Shown here in pieces: positions 37,720 through 49,700 of a stretch of 64,000 nt of DNA (its first letter is position 1; every line of letters begins with the position of its first letter). This DNA is from Laetmonice hystrix (taxonomy: Eukaryota): assembly GCA_965235115.1 (NCBI GenBank), contig OZ249436.1:26910001-26974000 (forward strand). The letters run 5' to 3'. The notes under the pieces are model-generated. The model did no database searches. It saw only the letters and a list, made by a program, of their open reading frames with translations, and was not told the DNA's origin. The translations under genes were made by a program, and so were the position numbers.

Positions 37720-40700
37720 ATATAACGCGATAATAGTCTGAACGTCCCCTAACAACTTTTGTGCTTTCACACTTCAGTGTATGTGTACCCATAGACTTTG
37801 GTAACAGCGCTTCCAGACAAAGTTCTTCGTCCACATGTGCAATAAGAGTTCCTGATAAAGTTGCTGCCAAAGTACTTTGATACTGAAGCTCACGGTCTTC
37901 TGCACAATCGTGTGGCTTTATAATGCGGACACAGTACTTTGTTACATGCATCAACCCCGAGTTGACCGTATACATGTTTCTTGCTTCCAAAGTACTTTGG
38001 CAGGATCAGGCAACAAGCAGTTTGTAAGCCAGTCGCCCATTGGTACTTTGGCAGCAATTACCCTGGCTTGTTGCTGCCAAAGTAGAAATACTGTATTTTG
38101 ATTGGTACTTTGGCAATAGCCTTTTGGTGGTCTTTCGCCCAAAGTACTTTGGCAGCAGCCATTGCCTTAATAATAATATTGATACAGTCTTTGTCACAAA
38201 GTGTAACGTGGAATGTCAAATTGGGACCTAATTATGAAGTGGGATTCATCAACAGCTTTTGAAAACATCCTCTTTAGAGGCTAGATGACCTTATTATATA
38301 GGCCTATGTATTGACTCCTTGGGTAGGAAAGTCCAAGATTTCACGCGGAGTAGCCCCTTTTGCTGCAGACGTTTGAACTTTTATACGAATGGACCTGTTG
38401 GGACTCGTCCGGTTCGCACCGAGACTGGCTCAAAACGAAATCGATTCGATATGTTTGCCCCCCCCCCCCCTCCCTTCGCCCGGGCTTCGTTAATTGCGGC
38501 TTTTCCGTTTTCCCCCCGTGAAATTTACGGCGGTAATTCAGCATTTTTACCTGAAATTCACGGTAATCTACCGGCAGCCCATGCAGCTGCCGGGATTTTT
38601 ACTGTAAAAAACGGGATATTTTTTTCAGTGTAGGTCTAAGCCCTTAGCAACCACTTGAGAAGCTTCCCCTGACTTTGCGCGGGGTAGGCCTACTGAATAA
38701 AGTGGGACACATAGGCATAGAGTCTAAGCTTGTTTATAAATCTCAACTTACGCAGGCTTACCCCACCTACCTCAGTAGACTGCACTATATAGATTTGAGG
38801 GGTCTTAAATTAAGACGTTTTATGAATACGGGCCCTGACAATGGAAGCCGAGAGAAGTGAAAACTTGGGTTTTACGTACAAGTTATGCTTAATACATTAT
38901 TTCCCACCAGAGGTCGCCTATGACATGAATGGTTTGCTTACTCGCCGTCTGAGGGCCGATCAACTGCTGGTCAACTCTATACTTCCATCAGGCTCGTATA
39001 GTAGGCCGAAGGGGTCCACACAACCAACACCTTCCCCACACTCACTACCACAGGGTGATGAAACGAATGGGGCCTATTGTGACCCGGGCCCCAAGGGGAA
39101 TGACAATGATCATAAATGATGATAAGATGACTCGATTTCCCAACCCCTATAATATGGCTAACTGGCCGTGTGACTTTAACCCTAACCACTCAGCCAACAC
39201 CTTCCCCCCTCTTTCCAATCCCAATGATATGGTTGACTGGCCCTCAGATGTTACCCCTAACCACTCAGCCAACACCCTTCATGTTCCCAATCCCCATGAT
39301 ATGGCTGACTGGCCCTCACTCATTACCCCGAACCACTCAGCCAACACCCTCCCTCTACCCAATCCCCATGATATGGCTGACTGGCCCTTAGACATTACCC
39401 CGAACCACTCAACCAACACCCTCCCTCTTCCCAATCCCCATGATATGGCTGACTGGCCCTCAGACATTACCCCGAACCACTCAGCCAACACCCTCCCTCT
39501 TCCCAATCCCCATGATATGGCTGACTGGCCCTCAGACATTACCCCGCACCACCCAGCCAACACCCTCCCTCTTTCCAATCCCCAGGATATGGCTGACTGA
39601 CCCTCAGACATTACCCCGAACCACTCAGCCAACACCCTCCCCCTTCCCAATCCCCATGATATGGCTGACTGGCCCTTAGACATTATCCCAAAGCACCCAG
39701 CCAACACCCTCCCCCTTCCCAATCCCCATGATATGGCTGACTGGTCCTCAGACATTACCCCGAACCACAGAGCCAACACCCTCCCTCGACCCAATCCCCA
39801 TGATATGGCTGACTGGCCCTCAGACATTACCCCGAACCACTCACAGCCAACACCCTCCCTCTTCCCAATCCCCATGACATGGCTGACTGGCCCTCAGACA
39901 TTACCCCGAACCACTCAGCCAACACCCTCCCTCTTCCCAATCTCCATGATATGGCTGACTGGCCCTTAGACATTACCCCGAACCACTCAGCCAACACCCT
40001 CCCACTTCCCAATCCCCATGATATGGCTGACTGGCCCTTAGACATTACCCCGAAACACTCAGCCAACACCCTCCCTCTTGCCAATCCCCATGATATGGCT
40101 GACTGGCCCTTAGACATTACCCCGGACCACTCAGCCAACACCCTCCCTCTTGCCAATCCCCATGATATGGCTGACTGGCCCTTAGACATTACCCCGAACC
40201 ACTCAGCCAACAGCCTCTCTCTTCCCAATCCCCATGATATGGCTGACTGGCCCTTAGACATTACCCCGGACCACTCAGCCAACACCCTCTCTCTTCCCAA
40301 TCCCCATGATATGGCTGACTGGCCCTTAGACATTACCCCGAACCACTCAGCCAACAGCCTCCCCCTTCCCAATCCCCATGATATGGCTGACTGGCCCTCA
40401 GACATTACCCCGAACCACTCAGCCAACACCCCCCCTTCCCAATCCCCATGATATGGCTGACTGGCCCTCAGACATTACCCCGAACCACCCAGCCAACACC
40501 CTCCCTCTTCCCAATCCCCATGATATGGCTGACTGGCCCTTAGACATTACCCCGAACCACTCAGCCAACAGCCTCCCCCTTCCCAATCCCCATGATATGG
40601 CTGACTGGCCCTTAGACATTACCCCGAACCACTCAGCCAACACCCTCCCTCTTGCCAATCCCCATGATATGGCTGACTGGCCCTTAGACATTACCCCGAA

Positions 40701-43700
40701 CCACTCAGCCAACAGCCTCCCCCTTCCCAATCCCCATGATATGGCTGACTGGCCCTTAGACATTACCCCGAACCACTCAGCCAACACCTTCCCTCTTCCC
40801 AATCCCCATGATATGGCTGACTGGCCCTCAGACATTACCCCGAACCACTCAGCCAACAGCCTCCCCCTTCCCAATCCCCATGATATGGCTGACTGGCCCT
40901 CAGACATTACCCCGAACCACTCAGCCAACACGCTCCTTCTTCCCAATCCCCATGATATGGCTGAATGTCCCTCACACATTACCCCGAACCACCCAGCCAA
41001 CACCCTCCCTCTTCCCAATCCCCATGATATGGCTGACTGGCCCTCAGACATTACCCCGAACCACTCAGCCAACACCCTCCCTCTTCCCAATCCCCATGAT
41101 ATGGCTGACTGGCCCTCAGACATTACCCCGAACCACTCAGCCAACACCCTCCCCCTTCCCAATCCCCATGATATGGCTGACTGGCCCTTAGACATTATCC
41201 CAAAGCACCCAGCCAACACCCTCCCCCTTCCCAATCCCCATGATATGGCTGACTGGCCCTTAGACATTACCCCGAACCACTCAACCAACACCCTCCCTCT
41301 TCCCAATCCCCATGATATGGCTGACTGGCCCTCAGACATTACCCCGAACCACTCAGCCAACACCCTCCCTCTTCCCAATCCCCATGATATGGCTGACTGG
41401 CCCTCAGACATTACCCCGCACCACCCAGCCAACACCCTCCCTCTTTCCAATCCCCATGATATGGCTGACTGACGCTCAGACATTACCCCGAACCACTCAG
41501 CCAACACCCTCCCCCTTCCCAATCCCCATGATATGGCTGACTGGCCCTTAGACATTATCCCAAAGCACCCAGCCAACACCCTCCCCCTTCCCAATCCCTA
41601 TGATATGGCTGACTGGTCCTCAGACATTACCCCGAACCACAGAGCCAACACCCTCCCTCGACCCAATCCCCATGATATGGCTGACTGGCCCTCAGACATT
41701 ACCCCGAACCACTCACAGCCAACACCCTCCCTCTTCCCAATCCCCATGATATGGCTGACTGGTCCTCAGACATTACCCCGAACCACAGAGCCAACACCCT
41801 CCCTCGACCCAATCCCCATGATATGGCTGACTGTCCCTCAGACATTACCCCGAACCACTCACAGCCAACACCCTCCCTCTTCCCAATCCCCATGATATGG
41901 CTGACTGGCCCTTAGACATTACCCCGAACCACTCAGCCAACACCCTCCCTCTTTCCAATCCCTATGATATGGCTGACTGACCCTCAGACATTACCCCGAA
42001 CCACTCAGCCAACACCCTCCCACTTCCCAATCCCCATGATATGGCTGACTGGCCCTTAGACATTACCCCGAAACACTCAGCCAACACCTTCATCCCTTCA
42101 CAGTCTCCATGATATGGCCGACTGGCCCTTAGACATTACCCCGAACCACTCAGCCAACACCCTCCCTCTTGCCAATCCCCATGATATGGCTGACTGGCCC
42201 TTAGACATTACCCCGAACCACTCAGCCAACACCCTCCCACTTCCCAATCCCCATGATATGGCTGACTGGCCCTTAGACATTACCCCGAAACACTCAGCCA
42301 ACACCCTCCCTCTTCCCAATCCCCATGATATGGCTGACTGGCCCTCAGACATTACCCCGAACGACTGAGCCAACACGCTCCCTCTTCCCAATCCCCATGA
42401 TATGGCTGAATGTCCCTCACACATTACCCCGAACCACTCAGCCAACCCCCTCCCTCTTCCCAATCCCCACGATATGGCTGACTGGCCCTTAGGCATTACC
42501 CGAACCACTCAGCCAACCCCCTCCCGCTTGCCAATCCCCATGATATGGCTGACTGGCCCTTAGACCTTACCCCGAACCACTCAGCCAACACCTTCATCCC
42601 TTCACAATCTCCATGATATGGCCGACTGGCCCTTAGACATTACCCCGAACCACTCAGCCAACACCCTCCCTCTTCCCAATCCCCATGATATGGCTGACTG
42701 GCCCTCAGACATTACCCCGAACGACTGAGCCAACACGCTCCCTCTTCCCAATTACCATGATATGGCTTAATGTCCCTCACACATTACCCCGAACCACTCA
42801 GCCAACCCCCTCCCTCTTCCCAATCCCAACGATATGGCTGACTGGCCCTTAAGCATTACCCGGACCACTCACAGCCAACACCCTCCCTCTTCCCAATCCC
42901 CATGATATGGCTGACTGGCCCTTAGACATTACCCCGAACCACTCAGCCAACACCCTCCCTCTTTCCAATCCCCATGATATGGCTGACTGACCCTCAGACA
43001 TTACCCCGAACCACTCAGCCAACACCCTCCCACTTCCCAATCCCCATGATATGGCTGACTGGCCCTTAGACATTACCCCGAAACACTCAGCTAACACCTT
43101 CATCCCTTCACAGTCTCCATGATATGGCCGACTGGCCCTTAGACATTACCCCGAACCACTCAGCCAACACCCTCCCTCTTGTCAATCCCCATGATATGGC
43201 TGACTGGCCCTTAGACATTACCCCGAACCACTCAGCCAACACCCTCCCACTTCCCAATCCCCATGATATGGCTGACTGGCCCTTAGACATTACCCCGAAA
43301 CACTCAGCCAACACCCTCCCTCTTCCCAATCCCCATGATATGGCTGACTGGCCCTCAGACATTACCCCGAACGACTGAGCCAACACGCTCCCTCTTCCCA
43401 ATCCCCATGATATGGCTGAATGTCCCTCACACATTACCCCGAACCACTCAGCCAACCCCCTCCCTCTTCCCAATCCCCACGATATGGCTGACTGGCCCTT
43501 AGGCATTACCCGAACCACTCAGCCAACCCCCTCCCGCTTGCCAATCCCCATGATATGGCTGACTGGCCCTTAGACCTTACCCCGAACCACTCAGCCAACA
43601 CCTTCATCCCTTCACAATCTCCATGATATGGCCGACTGGCCCTTAGACATTACCCCGAACCACTCAGCCAACACCCTCCCTCTTCCCAATCCCCATGATA

Positions 43701-46700
43701 TGGCTGACTGGCCCTCAGACATTACCCCGAACGACTGAGCCAACACGCTCCCTCTTCCCAATTACCATGATATGGCTTAATGTCCCTCACACATTACCCC
43801 GAACCACTCAGCCAACCCCCTCCCTCTTCCCAATCCCAGCGATATGGCTGACTGGCCCTTAAGCATTACCCGGACCACTCAGCCAACACCCTCCCTCTTG
43901 CCAATCCCCATGATATGGCTGACTGGCCCTCAGACATTACCCCGAACGACTGAGCCAACACGCTCCCTCTTCCCAATCCCCATGATATGGCTGAATGTCC
44001 CTCACACATTACCCCGAACCACTCAGCCAACCCCCTCCCTCTTCCCAATCCCCACGATATGGCTGACTGGCCCTTAGGCATTACCCGGACCACTCAGCCA
44101 ACACCCTCCCTCTTGCCAATCCCCATGATATGGCTGACTGGCCCTTAGACATTACCCCGAACCACTCAGCCAACACCTTCCCCCCTCTTTCCAATCCCAA
44201 TGATATGGTTGACTGGCCCGCAGATGTTACCCCTAACCACTCAGCCAACACCCTTCATGTTCCCAATCCCCATGATATGGCTGACTGGCCCTCACTCACT
44301 ACCCCGAACCACTCAGCCAACACCCTCCTTCTACCCAATCCCCATGATATGGCTGACTGGCCCTCAGACATTACCCCGAACCACTCACAGCCAACACCCT
44401 CCCTCTTCCCAATCCCCATGATATGGCTGACTGGCCCTTAGACATTACCCCGAACCACTCAGCCAACACCCTCCCTCTTTCCAATCCCCATGATATGGCT
44501 GACTGACCCTCAGACATTACCCCGAACCACTCAGCCAACACCCTCCCACTTCCCAATCCCCATGATATGGCTGACTGGCCCTTAGACATTACCCCGAAAC
44601 ACTCAGCCAACACCTTCATCCCTTCACAGTCTCCATGATATGGCCGACTGGCCCTTAGACATTACCCCGAACCACTCAGCCAACACCCTCCCTCTTGCCA
44701 ATCCCCATGATATGGCTGACTGGCCCTTAGACATTACCCCGAACCACTCAGCCAACACCCTCCCACTTCCCAATCCCCATGATATGGCTGACTGGCCCTT
44801 AGACATTACCCCGAAACACTCAGCCAACACCCTCCCTCTTCCCAATCCCCATGATATGGCTGACTGGCCCTCAGACATTACCCCGAACGACTGAGCCAAC
44901 ACGCTCCCTCTTCCCAATCCCCATGATATGGCTGAATGTCCCTCACACATTACCCCGAACCACTCAGCCAACCCCCTCCCTCTTCCCAATCCCCACGATA
45001 TGGCTGACTGGCCCTTAGGCATTACCCGAACCACTCAGCCAACCCCCTCCCTCTTGCCAATCCCCATGATATGGCTGACTGGCCCTTAGACCTTACCCCG
45101 AACCACTCAGCCAACACCTTCATCCCTTCACAATCTCCATGATATGGCCGACTGGCCCTTAGACATTACCCCGAACCACTCAGCCAACACCCTCCCTCTT
45201 CCCAATCCCCATGATATGGCTGACTGGCCCTCAGACATTACCCCGAACGACTGAGCCAACACGCTCCCTCTTCCCAATTACCATGATATGGCTTAATGTC
45301 CCTCACACATTACCCCGAACCACTCAGCCAACCCCCTCCCTCTTCCCAATCCCCACGATATGGCTGACTGGCCCTTAAGCATTACCCGGACCACTCAGCC
45401 AACACCCTCCCTCTTGCCAATCCCCATGATATGGCTGACTGGCCCTTAGACATTACCCCGAACCACTCAGCCAACACCTTCCCCCCTCTTTCCAATCCCA
45501 ATGATATGGTTGACTGGCCCGCAGATGTTACCCCTAACCACTCAGCCAACACCCTTCATGTTCCCATTCCCCATGATATGGCTGACTGGCCCTCACTCAC
45601 TACCCCGAACCACTCAGCCAACACCCTCCCTCTACCCAATCCCCATGATATGGCTGACTGGCCCTTAGACATTACCCCGAACCACTCAGCCAACACCCTC
45701 CCTCTTCCCAATCCCCATGATATGGCTGACTGGCCCTCAGACATTACCCCGAACCACTCAGCCAACACCCTCCCTCTTCCCAATCCCCATGATATGGCTG
45801 ACTGGCCCTCAGACATTACCCCGAACCACCCACCCAACACCCTCCCTCTTTCCATTCCCCATGATATGGCTGACTGACCCCCAGACATTACCCCGAACCC
45901 CTCAGCCAACACCCTCCCCCTTCCCAATCCCATGATATGGCTGACTGGCCCTTAGACATTATCCCAAACCACCCAGCCAACACCCTCCCTCTTCCCAATC
46001 CCTATGATATGGCTGACTGGTCCTCAGACATTACCCCGAACCACAGAGCCAACACCCTCCCTCGACCCAATCCCCATGATATGGCTGACTGGCCCTCAGA
46101 CATTACCCCGAACCACTCACAGCCAACACCCTCCCTCTTCCCAATCCCCATGATATGGCTGACTGGCCCTTAGACATTACCCCGAACCACTCAGCCAACA
46201 CCCTCCCTCTTTCCAATCCCCATGATATGGCTGACTGACCCTCAGACATTACCCCGAACCACTCAGCCAACACCCTCCCACTTCCCAATCCCCATGATAT
46301 GGCTGACTGGCCCTTAGACATTACCCCGAAACACTCAGCCAACACCTTCATCCCTTCACAGTCTCCATGATATGGCCGACTGGCCCTTAGACATTACCCC
46401 GAACCACTCAGCCAACACCCTCCCTCTTGCCAATCCCCATGATATGGCTGACTGGCCCTTAGACATTACCCCGAACCACTCAGCCAACACCCTCCCACTT
46501 CCCAATCCCCATGATATGGCTGACTGGCCCTTAGACATTACCCCGAAACACTCAGCCAACACCCTCCCTCTTCCCAATCCCCATGATATGGCTGACTGGC
46601 CCTCAGACATTACCCCGAACGACTGAGCCAACACGCTCCCTCTTCCCAATCCCCATGATATGGCTGAATGTCCCTCACACATTACCCCGAACCACTCAGC

Positions 46701-49700
46701 CAACCCCCTCCCTCTTCCCAATCCCCACGATATGGCTGACTGGCCCTTAGGCATTACCCGAACCACTCAGCCAACCCCCTCCCGCTTGCCAATCCCCATG
46801 ATATGGCTGACTGGCCCTTAGACCTTACCCCGAACCACTCAGCCAACACCTTCATCCCTTCACAATCTCCATGATATGGCCGACTGGCCCTTAGACATTA
46901 CCCCGAACCACTCAGCCAACACCCTCCCTCTTCCCAATCCCCATGATATGGCTGACTGGCCCTCAGACATTACCCCGAACGACTGAGCCAACACGCTCCC
47001 TCTTCCCAATTACCATGATATGGCTTAATGTCCCTCACACATTACCCCGAACCACTCAGCCAACCCCCTCCCTCTTCCCAATCCCAACGATATGGCTGAC
47101 TGGCCCTTAAGCATTACCCGGACCACTCACAGCCAACACCCTCCCTCTTCCCAATCCCCATGATATGGCTGACTGGCCCTTAGACATTACCCCGAACCAC
47201 TCAGCCAACACCCTCCCTCTTTCCAATCCCCATGATATGGCTGACTGACCCTCAGACATTACCCCGAACCACTCAGCCAACACCCTCCCACTTCCCAATC
47301 CCCATGATATGGCTGACTGGCCCTTAGACATTACCCCGAAACACTCAGCTAACACCTTCATCCCTTCACAGTCTCCATGATATGGCCGACTGGCCCTTAG
47401 ACATTACCCCGAACCACTCAGCCAACACCCTCCCTCTTGCCAATCCCCATGATATGGCTGACTGGCCCTTAGACATTACCCCGAACCACTCAGCCAACAC
47501 CCTCCCTCTTGCCAATCCCCATGATATGGCTGACTGGCCCTCAGACATTACCCCGAACGACTGAGCCAACACGCTCCCTCTTCCCAATCCCCATGATATG
47601 GCTGAATGTCCCTCACACATTACCCCGAACCACTCAGCCAACCCCCTCCCTCTTCCCAATCCCCACGATATGGCTGACTGGCCCTTAGGCATTACCCGGA
47701 CCACTCAGCCAACACCCTCCCTCTTGCCAATCCCCATGATATGGCTGACTGGCCCTTAGACATTACCCCGAACCACTCAGCCAACACCTTCCCCCCTCTT
47801 TCCAATCCCAATGATATGGTTGACTGGCCCGCAGATGTTACCCCTAACCACTCAGCCAACACCCTTCATGTTCCCAATCCCCATGATATGGCTGACTGGC
47901 CCTCACTCACTACCCCGAACCACTCAGCCAACACCCTCCTTCTACCCAATCCCCATGATATGGCTGACTGGCCCTCAGACATTACCCCGAACCACTCACA
48001 GCCAACACCCTCCCTCTTCCCAATCCCCATGATATGGCTGACTGGCCCTTAGACATTACCCCGAACCACTCAGCCAACACCCTCCCTCTTGCCAATCCCG
48101 ATGATATGGCTGACTGGCCCTCAGACATTACCCCGAACCACTCAGCCAACACCCTCCCACTTCCCAATCCCCATGATATGGCTGACTGGCCCTTAGACAT
48201 TACCCCGAAACACTCAGCCAACACCTTCATCCCTTCACAGTCTCCATGATATGGCCGACTGGCCCTTAGACATTACCCCGAACCACTCAGCCAACACCCT
48301 CCCTCTTGCCAATCCCCATGATATGGCTGACTGGCCCTTAGACATTACCCCGAACCACTCAGCCAACACCCTCCCACTTCCCAATCCCCATGATATGGCT
48401 GACTGGCCCTTAGACATTACCCCGAAACACTCAGCACACACCCTCCCTCTTCCCAATCCCCATGATATGGCTGACTGGCCCTCAGACATTACCCCGAACG
48501 ACTGAGCCAACACCCTCCCTCTTCCCAATCCCCATGATATGGCTGAATGTCCCTCACACATTACCCCGAACCACTCAGCCAACCCCCTCCCTCTTCCCAA
48601 TCCCCACGATATGGCTGACTGGCCCTTAGGCATTACCCGAACCACTCAGCCAACCCCCTCCCTCTTGCCAATCCCCATGATATGGCTGACTGGCCCTTAG
48701 ACCTTACCCCGAACCACTCAGCCAACACCTTCATCCCTTCACAATCTCCATGATATGGCCGACTGGCCCTTAGACATTACCCCGAACCACTCAGCCAACA
48801 CCCTCCCTCTTCCCAATCCCCATGATATGGCTGACTGGCCCTCAGACATTACCCCGAACGACTGAGCCAACACGCTCCCTCTTCCCAATTACCATGATAT
48901 GGCTTAATGTCCCTCACACATTACCCCGAACCACTCAGCCAACCCCCTCCCTCTTCCCAATCCCCACGATATGGCTGACTGGCCCTTAAGCATTACCCGG
49001 ACCACTCAGCCAACACCCTCCCTCTTGCCAATCCCCATGATATGGCTGACTGGCCCTTAGACATTACCCCGAACCACTCAGCCAACACCTTCCCCCCTCT
49101 TTCCAATCCCAATGATATGGTTGACTGGCCCGCAGATGTTACCCCTAACCACTCAGCCAACACCCTTCATGTTCCCATTCCCCATGATATGGCTGACTGG
49201 CCCTCACTCACTACCCCGAACCACTAAGCCAACACCCTCCCTCTACCCAATCCCCATGATATGGCTGACTGGCCCTTAGACATTACCCCGAACCACTCAG
49301 CCAACACCCTCCCTCTTCCCAATCCCCATGATATGGCTGACTGGCCCTCAGACATTACCCCGAACCACTCAGCCAACACCCTCCCTCTTCCCAATCCCCA
49401 TGATATGGCTGACTGGCCCTCAGACATTACCCCGAACCACCCACCCAACACCCTCCCTCTTTCCATTCCCCATGATATGGCTGACTGACCCCCAGACATT
49501 ACCCCGAACCCCTCAGCCAACACCCTCCCCCTTCCCAATCCCATGATATGGCTGACTGGCCCTTAGACATTATCCCAAACCACCCAGCCAACACCCTCCC
49601 TCTTCCCAATCCCCATGATATGGCTGACTGTCCCTCAGACATTACCCCGAACCACTCAGCCAACACCCTCCCTCTTCCCAATCCCCATGATATGGCTGAC

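Larger units (their letters stand above)
33419..38166 (+). mobile_element. Mutator-like element (MULE), internally deleted, 4748 bp (inner layer of the nest)
   Basis: Imperfect TIRs of about 70 bp: cggagtgtctactgccaaagtactttgggtggaagacgaccaaaacgctattgtcaaagtaccaatca versus reverse complement ggcaatggctgctgccaaagtactttgggcgaaagaccaccaaaaggctattgccaaagtaccaatca. Perfect 9-bp TSD TTAATAATA at 33410-33418 and 38167-38175. Transposase-associated exon relics lie inside. Confidence 0.88.
33186..38630. mobile_element. EnSpm/CACTA-like non-autonomous element (middle layer of the nest)
   Basis: Left end cactgtaaaaaaaataccgtggtttttacgg; right end reverse-complements to cactgaaaaaaatatcccgttttttacagt. 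Subterminal ttaccg/cggtaa repeats on both sides. CACTG termini are typical of animal EnSpm. The 2-bp flanks (AT / TA) do not match. Confidence 0.7.
32479..38835. mobile_element. PIF/Harbinger-like non-autonomous element (outer layer of the nest)
   Basis: Perfect 18-bp TIR: gggcccgtattcataaaa at 32479 (duplicated at 32143) and ttttatgaatacgggccc ending at 38835. Flanks are TAA / TGA (TNA-type, imperfect TSD). About 0.9 kb remains after removing the inserts. Confidence 0.7.
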
